Assembly: GCA_963822965.1 (NCBI GenBank)
Contig: CAWGJT010000005.1
Coordinates: 64,001-128,000, forward strand
Length of the DNA: 64,000 nt
Direction of reading: 5' to 3'
DNA from: an uncultured delta proteobacterium
GTDB lineage: Bacteria > Myxococcota_A > UBA9160 > UBA4427
The position numbers and the translations under genes were made by a program. Shown here in pieces: positions 51,637-60,771 of this stretch. The notes beneath the pieces were generated by a model. The model was not told the DNA's origin and ran no database searches. It saw only the letters and a list, made by a program, of their open reading frames with translations. Numbering within the stretch: the stretch's first letter is position 1; the number at the start of each line of letters is the position of its first letter.

Positions 51637-53176
51637 TTCCCGGGCCTCTCCGGACCGCGGGCGCGTAGCCTGCCTGCTGGTGCCGGACCTGCCGCTGCGG
51701 GCGTGCCTGCGCGCCCATCCCGAGCTCGCAGACACGCCCTTCGTCGTGGCCGCCGGCAGCGACGCCCGGGCCGAGGTGATCGAGGTGTCGCCGGCCGCTC
51801 TCCGCGCCGGGGTGCGGGCGCGGGGATCGGTGACCCAGGCCCGGGCGGTCTGCGGTGCCGTCCGGGTGCAGGTGATGTCCCCGGCGCTCGAGACGGCCAC
51901 CCGGCAGACCCTGCTCGACGTCGCCCTCTCCTTCTCTCCCCGCGCTGCCCTGGCGGAACGGTCGAGCTGGGCGTTTGCGAGCGAGGCCGCGGTGCTGCTG
52001 GACGCCTCGGGAACGACCCACCTCTACGACTCCGAGCGCCACTTCGCCTCGGCGCTCGCCGCCCGGGCCGAGACGACCGGGCTTCCGGGTGTGGTGGCGG
52101 TGGCGTCGTCCCAGGGCGTGGCCCGAATCGCCGCCCGTCAGACGTCGGCCGCGGGCGGCGATCCCTTGTGCGTGCTGCCACCCGGCACGGAGCAGCGCTT
52201 CCTTGCGGACCTGCCCGTCGACCTGCTCGACCCCGACGACAAGCTCGGGCAGCAGCTCACCCGCTTCGGCATCCACACGGTGCGCCACCTGCTGCGGCTG
52301 CCGCGGCGGGCCCTGGCCCAGCGACTGGGCCCGGAGGTGCTGCGTCTCGCCGACCTGGCCCGCGGTCAGGAGACCCTGCCGCCGCTGCCGGCTCCCGTGG
52401 ACGACCGCATCGAGGAGGCCATCGACCTCGAATATCCGGTGGACCGCGCCGAGCCCCTGCTCTTCGTGCTGCGCGGACAGCTCTCGCGCCTGATGGAGCG
52501 GCTGGCCCTGCGGCATCTGGCGAGCGGCCCCCTCGAGCTGCAGCTCGAGCTCGAGGGAGGCGGGAGGGACGTGCGTGGCATCGGCCTGGCGGCGCCGACC
52601 CGAGACGTGCGCGTGCTGCTTCGCCTGCTCGCCCTGGCGCTGGAGACGAAGCCGCCGGAGGCGCCGGTCCTGACCGTCCAGCTGGCCACGACCGGAATTC
52701 CCCTGCGGCGCGACCAGCTGGATCTCTTCCGCCCCCGTGGCCCGGACCCAAACACCCTGGACCGCACCCTGAGCGAGCTCGAAGCCCTGTGCGGCAGCGG
52801 ACGCGTGGGCGCACCCGAGGTTCCCGACGACCACCGTCCAGACGCCTTCGCGCTGCGGCCCTTCCAGCCGGGCTCGCGCAAGCCGGCCGCCGGCGCGAGA
52901 GCCCGGACGGAGGGACTCGTCGTGCGAGCCCTGCGGCCTCCGGTCGCCGCCGAGGTGCACGTCAGCCGGGGCATGCCCGTGTGGCTTCGCAGCGCAATCT
53001 CGCGCGGCGACGTCGTGCAGGCCTCGGGCCCGTGGCGGACGACGGGCCGCTGGTGGTCGGAGACGGATCGCTACGCGCTCGACCACTTCGACGTCCAGGT
53101 GAGCGACGGCACGGTGCTGCGGCTGTGCTTCGACTGGCACGGCCGCCGCTGGCGAATCGACGGGGTCTACGACTGA
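51620..53176 (+). CDS. imuB: ImuB, catalytically inactive Y-family polymerase
   Basis: Y-family layout without catalytic acids (ACLLVPDLPL), clamp motif QLDLF, C-terminal GPWRTTGRWW...DHFDV...WRIDGVYD. Confidence 0.88.
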   Translation: MSRPPDSRASPDRGRVACLLVPDLPLRACLRAHPELADTPFVVAAGSDARAEVIEVSPAALRAGVRARGSVTQARAVCGAVRVQVMSPALETATRQTLLDVALSFSPRAALAERSSWAFASEAAVLLDASGTTHLYDSERHFASALAARAETTGLPGVVAVASSQGVARIAARQTSAAGGDPLCVLPPGTEQRFLADLPVDLLDPDDKLGQQLTRFGIHTVRHLLRLPRRALAQRLGPEVLRLADLARGQETLPPLPAPVDDRIEEAIDLEYPVDRAEPLLFVLRGQLSRLMERLALRHLASGPLELQLELEGGGRDVRGIGLAAPTRDVRVLLRLLALALETKPPEAPVLTVQLATTGIPLRRDQLDLFRPRGPDPNTLDRTLSELEALCGSGRVGAPEVPDDHRPDAFALRPFQPGSRKPAAGARARTEGLVVRALRPPVAAEVHVSRGMPVWLRSAISRGDVVQASGPWRTTGRWWSETDRYALDHFDVQVSDGTVLRLCFDWHGRRWRIDGVYD

Positions 53177-53406
53177 GAAGACCCGTACGGACCCATTGCG
53201 GGTGTAAACCACCTCACATGATGGCCGAAAACTTCTGGCAGGACCCCGAATTGCCCGTAGACTGAGGCCGCGCTTCCTTCGCCTGCGCTCTGGCTGCTCT
53301 CGAAGGAGCACGAAGCTCCCAGATCGACACCGCGACGCCTAGCAACCGGCCCGCGCCCGGGTCCAGAAGCCCCGGCCCAGCCCGACGCAGAGGAAGACAT
53401 CCCGCA

Positions 53407-54000
53407 ATGTCAGCATCCACCCCCGAGCGGCAGGACCACATCCTCGCCTTCTTCCGCGGCTTCCTCGAGAAGCCGAAGCAGGTGGGCTCCATCATTCCGA
53501 GCTCGCGCTTCATGGAGAAGCGCCTCGTCCGCATCGCCGAGATCGAGAAGGCGAGCGTGGTGGTCGAGCTGGGTCCCGGCACCGGCGGCACCACCCGCGC
53601 GATGCTGTCCCGCATGCAGCCCGACGCCCGTCTGCTGGCGGTGGAGATCAACCCGCACTTCGTGAAGCTGCTGCACCGCACCATCCCCGACCCCCGGCTG
53701 ATCGTCCACGAGGGCAGCGCCGCCGAGATCGGCCAGGCCCTGGCGCAGCACGGCCTCTCGGCCGCCGACGTGATCCTGTCGGGCATCCCCTTCTCGACCA
53801 TGGACCGCCAGCTCGGTCTCTCGATCCTGCGCAGCGTCGACGCGAACCTCGCCCCCAGCGGGCGCTTCGTCGCCTACCAGTTCCGCGACCGGGTCGAGGA
53901 CCTGGGCCGCCAGGTGCTGGGCGCCCCCAGCGTGCAGGTGGAGCTGCTGAACGTCCCGCCGATGCGCATCTACCGCTGGAACAAGCCTGCCGCGGGTTGA
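53407..54000 (+). CDS. SAM-dependent methyltransferase, phospholipid N-methyltransferase (PmtA-like)
   Basis: FLEKPKQVGSIIPSSRF, VVELGPGTG, ILSGIPF, FVAYQF, LNVPP. Confidence 0.8.
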   Translation: MSASTPERQDHILAFFRGFLEKPKQVGSIIPSSRFMEKRLVRIAEIEKASVVVELGPGTGGTTRAMLSRMQPDARLLAVEINPHFVKLLHRTIPDPRLIVHEGSAAEIGQALAQHGLSAADVILSGIPFSTMDRQLGLSILRSVDANLAPSGRFVAYQFRDRVEDLGRQVLGAPSVQVELLNVPPMRIYRWNKPAAG

Positions 54001-54101
54001 TCTCCCGCTCCGCGGCCCGGCCGCGCTCCGGAAGAGCGCCCGCCGGCCCCCGCACCTCCGATAGAATGGCGACCCAACCCGAGCCTCCGGGAGAGTCCGC
54101 C

Positions 54102-55076
54102 ATGGAAGCCCCCCGCCTGCTGCGCTGGGAAGCCCTCAGTAAGAAGCGCTTCGACGAGATCGACCGGGAGCGCGCCGTGGTGCTGCTCACGTGCTCCCCG
54201 CTGGAGGTTCACGGGCCTCACCTCCCCATGGGCGCCGACGCCCTGGAGGGCGAGGGCCTGGCCGAGCGCATGCTGCGCTTCCTGCCCGAGAAGGAGAAGG
54301 ACCGGGTCTTCCTCAAGCTCCCCTTCATCTACGCGGCGACGGACACGGTCCCCCAGCCCGGTTCCCTCTACTTCCAGCCCTCCACCACCATGACCGTGCT
54401 CGAGGACCTGGGCCGCACCCTCGCCGCCCAGGGGTTCCGTCACGTTCTGGTGTCGAACTTCCACGGCGGTCCGCGCCACTTCCTCGCCATCGAGAAGGCC
54501 TGCCAGCGGGTGCACCGCCGTCACGGCCTCCGGATGGTCTCGGTCTTCTCGCTGATGATCAGCCGGCTGACGAACGGCACGTCGAACCTGGACGACGTGC
54601 TGGGCAGCGTGCCGGGCGTCCACAAGCCGGACCTGGCGGGGGACACCCACGGCGGCCTCGTGGAGACCTCCCAGCTGCTGGCCCTGCACGGCGACTGGGT
54701 GGAGCGCGACTACAAGAGCCTGCCCCGCATGACGACCGAGATCTGGCTCGAGCAGCGGGGGCAGAGGCGCATCGAGAAGGGGAACCGCCTGTCGCAGATC
54801 GTGTCGCTCGTGCGCGGCAACCGGCACGGCATGGCGTTCTTCAAGGAGCAGACCTACTCGGGCGCGCCGGCCGGTGCCTCGGCCGAGCTGGGCGAGCGCT
54901 TCCTCGACCTGCTGGGCGAGAAGGCGGGGCAGGCCGTGGGCGAGCTGCTGGCCGGCGAAATCGGCCCGGACGACTGCCACTCCCCGCTCTGGGGCCTGCG
55001 CTTCCTCTTCCTCAACCCCGTGATGATCCGCCTCTCGAACTGGGCGATCGGTCTGCGACCGAACCCGATCGCCTAG
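54102..55076 (+). CDS. Creatininase/creatinine amidohydrolase family protein
   Basis: LEVHGPHLPMGAD, NFHGG, DTHGGLVETS. Confidence 0.85.
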   Translation: MEAPRLLRWEALSKKRFDEIDRERAVVLLTCSPLEVHGPHLPMGADALEGEGLAERMLRFLPEKEKDRVFLKLPFIYAATDTVPQPGSLYFQPSTTMTVLEDLGRTLAAQGFRHVLVSNFHGGPRHFLAIEKACQRVHRRHGLRMVSVFSLMISRLTNGTSNLDDVLGSVPGVHKPDLAGDTHGGLVETSQLLALHGDWVERDYKSLPRMTTEIWLEQRGQRRIEKGNRLSQIVSLVRGNRHGMAFFKEQTYSGAPAGASAELGERFLDLLGEKAGQAVGELLAGEIGPDDCHSPLWGLRFLFLNPVMIRLSNWAIGLRPNPIA

Positions 55077-55107
55077 GCCGCCGGGCGCACCGGGGCCGAC
55101 ACGAAAG

Positions 55108-56383
55108 GTGGACATCCTGGCACGGACGACCCGACTCCATCCCGCGATCACGACCTGCCTCGCCCTCGCGTCGCTGCTGGCGACGGCCTGCGACCAGCCC
55201 GGCTGGATCCTGGCACCCGATGTCCGGAGCAGCGACGTGGACGTGGCGGTCGCCCTCGGCGACACGGCGGTGCAGAGCACCCACACGCTCGCGGCCGAGG
55301 ACATTCCGGTGCTCGCGTACCCGAAATCCCTGCGGCCGTGCTGCGCCTTCGGCGCGAACCTCAAGGTCGCGGTCGGCCGCATCCCAGTGCCCGGCGTGGA
55401 GCTCGCGAACCTCGTGGACCTCGACACCATCGGCCCGCATCGCTACGACAACGGCTACCTCTCGATCCGGGCGAACGATCCGCGTGGCTTCGTGGACAGC
55501 GAGTCGAACGGGCTGGTCTATACCTGCCGGGGCGGCTTCGTGGATACGGCCCACGTGCGTGACAACGCCGACAACACCGTCGCCCTGGCCTTCGCAATGG
55601 CCCGGATGCTCGAGACCGGCGGCAGCTTCACCGTACCACCCCAGGGCGCGGTCATGACGATCCACCTGCGCCCCATCTCGCCGGAGGCGATCGCGCGGCT
55701 CGGTCGACCGCAGATCGCGATCGCCCTGGCGCAGTAGCTCGCCTACCAGCTTTCCGTCTGGCACGAGATCGCGACCTACTACGGCTACGCGTCCCTGGCG
55801 GACTGGCCGTCGCTCGGCCTTCTCGCCGGAGGACCTCTACTCCAACGAGCTCGGCGCACGCCTGGCCGGCGGCATCGTGCTGGGCCGGGGCGCCCACACC
55901 GACGTCGAGTACGGGCTCTCCATGGACGCCTGGATCCGGAGGATGCTGATCCGCCTCCACGCCCTCCCGCTCGAGGGGTCGCAGGCCGCCGCCGCGGCCG
56001 TGGACGGCGCCTGGTTCGACTCACAGCGGCGCATTCCGGACTGGAAGCTCGTGTTGCGCCGGAACTTCGACACCGGCCCGCTGCTGCGGCCCTGGCGCCT
56101 CGAGGACGCCAGCGACGGCGCCCGCGGCGCGGTCGAGCCGCTGCGCGCCTGCCAGGACGCCGGGCCGCCCCTGGTGCTGCGCGTCGAGGAGGGCTTCGCG
56201 GGGGCGCTCTTCGAGGACTACGCGACGGTCGAGTTCGCGGTGAACGACCTGCTCGCCCAGAACGGGTTCCCGTTCCCGCGACCCGACGATCATGGGGTCG
56301 CCCAGAAGGACTTCCCGTTCATCGTCGCCCGGACCCGGGCCGCGACCATCGCCGAGATGGGGCCGGGATCGGACGCGCCCTGA
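55108..56383 (+). pseudogene. DUF4056-like lipoprotein interrupted by an in-frame TAG (55735-37) and a frameshift near 55812
   Basis: Lipobox LATAC; LRPCCAFG, NGLVYTCRGGFVDTAHVRD; after the stop LAYQLSVWHEIA, then SAFSPEDLYSN in another frame. Confidence 0.6.
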
Positions 56384-56456
56384 CGAAGGCCGGCGGCCGC
56401 CTCGATCGGACGGCCCCAGGACGCAGGGGCGACGCTCGGGGCGGCGGGGCACGGCT

Positions 56457-57662
56457 ATGCTCGAAGCCGTGCGGATCCGACCCATGCTGGCGGCGGTTGG
56501 CCTCGTCGCGGGGCTCGCGCGTGCCGGTCCCGCGTCCGGCCAGCCCGTCCCCGACGCCGAGTTCCTGGGGCTCGGGTTCCTTCCCGGGACCCCCCAGGAG
56601 AGCGTGGCGTTCGACCTGTCGGCAGACGGGCTCGTCGCGGTCGGCGAGAGCCAGCGGCAGGGCTGGCGTTGGACGAAGGCCGACGGGATGCAGGGGCTGG
56701 GCTTCCTCCCCGGCCAGTCCACGAGCACGGCGGCGAGCGTCTCCGCCGACGGCGCGTTCGTCGGCGGCTGGAGCGGCGACGACGCGTTCCGTTGGTCCAT
56801 CGCGGGCTTCGTGCCGGTGGCCGCCGGCATCGCCGGGCAGGTGCTGGTCGTCGCCATCTCGGAGGACGGCGAGACGATCGTCGGGGACCACCTCGATCTC
56901 GATGCCTTCGAGGGAATCTCCTGGCGGTGGCGGTCCGACACCGGCATCGACACGTCCTTCCACTTCCCCATCGAGAGCGTGTTCAGCTTCCTGAGCACGT
57001 CGGCGGATGGCGAGATCGTCGCCGGCGCCGGTGGCGTCCCGGACGACACGGATCCGTTCCTCTACACGGACGCCGGAACGACCTGGCTGCCATCGCTCGT
57101 GCCGACGGGATCGACGTGCCAGTGCGGAACCCGGCCGTACGGCATCTCCGGAGACGGCTCCGTCGTCGTCGGCTTCAGCCGTGGGGAGGCCTTCCGTTGG
57201 ACCACGGCCGAAGGCACCCTGGGACTCGGCTTCGTGTTCGACGACCTCCCCCACGACGTGGATGCCCAGCTCTCCACCGCGCGCGACGTGTCGGCCGACG
57301 GCTCCGTGGTCGTCGGCGGAGGAGAGGCGGGGAGCGCCGCGAACCGGGCCTTCGTGTGGACCCCGGACACGGGCATCCGCGACCTGCGAGAGGTGCTGGT
57401 GCTCCTCGGCCTCGATCTCGACGGCTGGCAGCTCACGGACGCGGTCGCCGTGTCGGCCGACGGCAGGACGATACTGGGCAACGGCGTGGGGCCTTCGGGA
57501 AGCCCGGAGGCATGGATCGCGGTGGTGCCGACGATCCCGGCGCCCGAGCCAGCCCTCCCGGTCCTGAACCCGGGGGCGCTCACCGTCCTCGCCATCCTGC
57601 TGCTCCTCTGCGGTCGGCAGGGGAGCCGGGGGCCACCGCGCAGGGCCGATGTCGGGCGCTGA
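56457..57662 (+). CDS. Secreted extracellular-repeat (HAF-like/beta-propeller) protein with C-terminal sorting signal
   Basis: Repeated (V/I)SADG(S)VVVG...AF(R)WT...LG units; N-terminal signal peptide; C-terminal IPAPEP-ALPVLNPGAL, TM segment and basic tail. Confidence 0.78.
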   Translation: MLEAVRIRPMLAAVGLVAGLARAGPASGQPVPDAEFLGLGFLPGTPQESVAFDLSADGLVAVGESQRQGWRWTKADGMQGLGFLPGQSTSTAASVSADGAFVGGWSGDDAFRWSIAGFVPVAAGIAGQVLVVAISEDGETIVGDHLDLDAFEGISWRWRSDTGIDTSFHFPIESVFSFLSTSADGEIVAGAGGVPDDTDPFLYTDAGTTWLPSLVPTGSTCQCGTRPYGISGDGSVVVGFSRGEAFRWTTAEGTLGLGFVFDDLPHDVDAQLSTARDVSADGSVVVGGGEAGSAANRAFVWTPDTGIRDLREVLVLLGLDLDGWQLTDAVAVSADGRTILGNGVGPSGSPEAWIAVVPTIPAPEPALPVLNPGALTVLAILLLLCGRQGSRGPPRRADVGR

Positions 57663-57688
57663 GGACACCCTCGAAGCCCTTGCCGTCG

Positions 57689-58921
57689 TCAGCGTTCGCC
57701 GCGCTTGATCTGGGTGGTGAGGGCGGCGCGCTCGGCGGGGCCCTGGCTGGCGCGGGTGACGGCGGTGCTCCCGAAACGGTCGGCGATCTCGTCGAGGGCG
57801 CGGTTCAGCTGGCTGCGCTTCTCGCTGACGGGCTCCGCGAAGAGCGGCAGCTGAGACGGCCGCTCGCCGATCACGTTGGTGCAGCCCACCCCGATGAGGC
57901 GGATGGGCTCGGTGAGAGCGGCGCGGGCGAGCAGGTCGCGCGCCTCGCGCGCAATGCGGTCGCCGTCGTCCGTGGGCTCGAGGAGCGTGACGCGCCGGGT
58001 GTGCAACGGATAGCCGCGCGGCCCGGGCGCCGCCCGGCGGGCCTCCTTCCACTTGAGGAACACCGTGCGCGCCCGCACGCCGTCCCGGCGCAGCCGGCGG
58101 GCCACCGACTCGGCGTGGGTGAGAATCGTGGCCACGAGCACCTCGCGGTCGGAGATGTCGCTCGCGAAGGTGTTCTCCTCGCTGTAGGAGACGGCGTCGC
58201 GGTAGGGCTCGATCTCGCGCACGTCGCCGCCGCGCGCGAGCCGTGCGACGTCGACGCCCCAGTCGCCCAGGCGAGCGTGCAGGCGGCGCTCGTCGGCCCG
58301 AGCGAGGTCGCCCAGGGTGCGGAAGCCGGCGGCGACGAGGCGCGACTCCGCGACGGCACCCACGCCCCAGATCGCCCGTACCGGCAGCGGCTCGAGGAAC
58401 GAGCGCACCTCTTCGGGCTTCACCTCCCGCAGGCCGTCGGGCTTGGCGGCGCCGCTCGCGATCTTGGCCACCATCTTGACGGGCCCGATGCCCACGCTGA
58501 TGGGCAGGTCGAGCTCTTCGCGCACCCGCCTTCGCAGGCGCTCGCCCACCTCGCGCGGGGGGCCCAGCAGGCGTTCGCTGCCCGTGAGATCGAGGAACGC
58601 CTCGTCGAGGGAGAGCCCCTCCACCGACGGCGAGAAGTCGTGGAAGATCTCGAACACCCGCCGCGACTCCTGCGAGTAGACCGCCATGTCGCCGTGGACG
58701 AACACGAGGTCGGGGCAGAGGCGGCGGGCCTCGAAGGAGGGCATCGCCGAGTGGACGCCGAAGCGGCGCGCCTCGTAGCTCGCGGCGGCCACCACGCCGC
58801 GGAGCCCCGCGCCGCCCACCACGATGGGCAGCCCCTGCAGCTCCGGGTGGTCGCGTTGCTCGACGGACGCGTAGAAGGCGTCCATGTCGGCGTGCAGGAT
58901 CACGCGGGGCCGGTCGCTCAT
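57689..58921 (-). CDS. dinB: DNA polymerase IV
   Basis: ILHADMDAFYASVEQRD, AASYEARRFGVHSAM, SLDEAFLD, KPDG, IWGVG, clamp motif QLPLF. Confidence 0.96.
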   Translation of the reverse strand: MSDRPRVILHADMDAFYASVEQRDHPELQGLPIVVGGAGLRGVVAAASYEARRFGVHSAMPSFEARRLCPDLVFVHGDMAVYSQESRRVFEIFHDFSPSVEGLSLDEAFLDLTGSERLLGPPREVGERLRRRVREELDLPISVGIGPVKMVAKIASGAAKPDGLREVKPEEVRSFLEPLPVRAIWGVGAVAESRLVAAGFRTLGDLARADERRLHARLGDWGVDVARLARGGDVREIEPYRDAVSYSEENTFASDISDREVLVATILTHAESVARRLRRDGVRARTVFLKWKEARRAAPGPRGYPLHTRRVTLLEPTDDGDRIAREARDLLARAALTEPIRLIGVGCTNVIGERPSQLPLFAEPVSEKRSQLNRALDEIADRFGSTAVTRASQGPAERAALTTQIKRGER

Positions 58922-58998
58922 GGCCCGAGTCTACCGCCAGGAGGGCCCTGGGACCGGACACGTTGCCACGGAGCCCGGACGTGCCACACTGGCCAGCC

Positions 58999-59955
58999 AT
59001 GTCGAGGAAGGTGTTCATCGACGGCCACGCGGGCACCACGGGCCTGCGCATCCGGGACTGGCTCGCCGGCCGGGACGACCTCGATCTGCTCGAGATCGAC
59101 GAGGCCCGGCGCAAGGACCCGGACGCCCGGCGCGAGTGCCTCGAGGCGGCGGACGTGGCGGTGCTGTGCCTCCCCGACGACGCCTCGGCCCAGGCCGCCG
59201 CCTGGCTCGAGGGAGGCGACACGCGGCTCCTCGACGCCAGCACCGCCCACCGGGTGACCGCGGGCTGGACCTACGGCCTGCCGGAGCTGGGCGCCGATCA
59301 GCGGGAAGCGATCGCGGCCGCGCCGCGCGTCTCCAACCCCGGCTGCTATCCGTCGGCGCTGATCCTGGCCCTGCGACCGCTGGTGGACGCGGGCCTCGTG
59401 CCGCGCGCGACGCCCATCACCGTGCACGCCCTCTCGGGCTACACCGGCGGCGGTCGACAGAAGATCGAGCGCTGGCAGGACCCCGAGCAGGGGCTCGTCG
59501 CCCTGCCCTACGAGGCCCCCTACGCGCTGGCGGCCCGGCACAAGCACATCCCCGAGATGACGGCGTACTGCCGGCTCGCCCACGAGCCCCAGTTCGTGCC
59601 CGCGGTCGGCCCCTTCGCGTGCGGCATGCGGGTGGAGGTGCCCCTCCACGCCGCGCTGCTGCCGCGGGAGGCCTCCGCGAAGTCCATCTGGGAAACGCTC
59701 GCCGAGCGCTATGCGGAGGAGCGCTTCGTGCGGGTGCGCCCGCTGCTCGAGCCGCGCGACTACGACGAGCTCACCCTCGACCCGCGGGCCTGCAACGACA
59801 CCAACCGCATCGAGCTGCAGGTGATCGGCCACGAGAGCGGGCACGTGCTGCTCGTCGCCATCCTCGACAATCTCGGCAAGGGAGCGGCCGGCGTGGCGAT
59901 CCAGAACCTGAACCGGATGCTCGGGCTGCCCGAGGAGACCGGGCTGCCGGCCTGA
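58999..59955 (+). CDS. argC: N-acetyl-gamma-glutamyl-phosphate reductase (type 2)
   Basis: KVFIDGHAGTTGL, DASTAHRV, VSNPGCYP, LDNLGKGAAGVAIQNLN. Confidence 0.95.
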   Translation: MSRKVFIDGHAGTTGLRIRDWLAGRDDLDLLEIDEARRKDPDARRECLEAADVAVLCLPDDASAQAAAWLEGGDTRLLDASTAHRVTAGWTYGLPELGADQREAIAAAPRVSNPGCYPSALILALRPLVDAGLVPRATPITVHALSGYTGGGRQKIERWQDPEQGLVALPYEAPYALAARHKHIPEMTAYCRLAHEPQFVPAVGPFACGMRVEVPLHAALLPREASAKSIWETLAERYAEERFVRVRPLLEPRDYDELTLDPRACNDTNRIELQVIGHESGHVLLVAILDNLGKGAAGVAIQNLNRMLGLPEETGLPA

Positions 59956-59989
59956 GCGGCGGCCTCGCGGGTCGTCCCGCGCGGGCGCT

Positions 59990-60712
59990 TCAGAGTGACT
60001 CGCCGGCTCCCGCGAAGTACCAGTCCAGCGCCTCCTGGTGGAAGCTGCCCGAAGGCCAGTGGCGACCGCCCTCGTCGACCGAGAACGTGACGTCGAAGCC
60101 CGCCTCCAGCAGGCGGTCGCGCATGGGCAACGCCACCTGCTGGAAGTCGAACAGCTCGTCGTGGGTGCCGTACTCCAGGTAGATGCGCGGCCGGGGCTCG
60201 GGGGCGTCGCGCCGGAAGCGCTCCGCCGCCGCGCGATCGACCACCAGGAAGCCCGCCGCCCACACCATCAGCGCGCTGAAGAACGACGCGTTCGAGAGCC
60301 CCACCGACAGCCCGTAGCTCGCGCCGTCGGAGTAGCCGATCAGTGCCTGCTGCAGGGGATCGATGGGGTAGCGGCGGTAGACGAGGTCGTAGGCGTACTC
60401 GAGGAAGTCGAGATCCGGCCGCCCCTGGCTGGCGATGAGGTCCCACGTGGGCTCCACCGACCGCGGCACCAGGAAGAAGGCCTGGCGCCGGTTCGGCTCG
60501 TCGCGGAACGTCCGCACGAGCATCTCGTCCTGACGACCCGCTCCGTGCAGCACCGTGAAGAGCGGATAGCGGCGCAAGGGGTCGATCTCGTCCGGGGTCA
60601 GCAGCACCGCGCGCGAGGCGCCCTGCTCGAGCCGGACGAAGCCGGTGGGCGACGGCTCGTCGCGGGGCTCGACGGGCTTGTAGGTGACGCGCAGCTCCAG
60701 GCTGTCGCTCAT
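59990..60712 (-). CDS. Alpha/beta hydrolase (phospholipase/carboxylesterase-like)
   Basis: LHGAG, GYSDGA nucleophile elbow, GTHD, GGRH. Confidence 0.82.
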   Translation of the reverse strand: MSDSLELRVTYKPVEPRDEPSPTGFVRLEQGASRAVLLTPDEIDPLRRYPLFTVLHGAGRQDEMLVRTFRDEPNRRQAFFLVPRSVEPTWDLIASQGRPDLDFLEYAYDLVYRRYPIDPLQQALIGYSDGASYGLSVGLSNASFFSALMVWAAGFLVVDRAAAERFRRDAPEPRPRIYLEYGTHDELFDFQQVALPMRDRLLEAGFDVTFSVDEGGRHWPSGSFHQEALDWYFAGAGESL

Positions 60713-60771
60713 GCCGCGAGTCTATCCCGACCGCGCGCCGGGCCGCAGGCGCGAGGCGCCGCGAAGGCCGG

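Noticed and set aside
53177..53409. 6S RNA or tmRNA
   Set aside because: No tRNA-like ends or tag-peptide signature, no zapA/ygfA context, and the pairing is too patchy to call.
55735..55737. Amber recoding (pyrrolysine or an alternative genetic code)
   Set aside because: TAG is the normal stop of many genes here (deacetylase, murF, purN, desaturase), no pyl genes are visible, and a second lesion follows.
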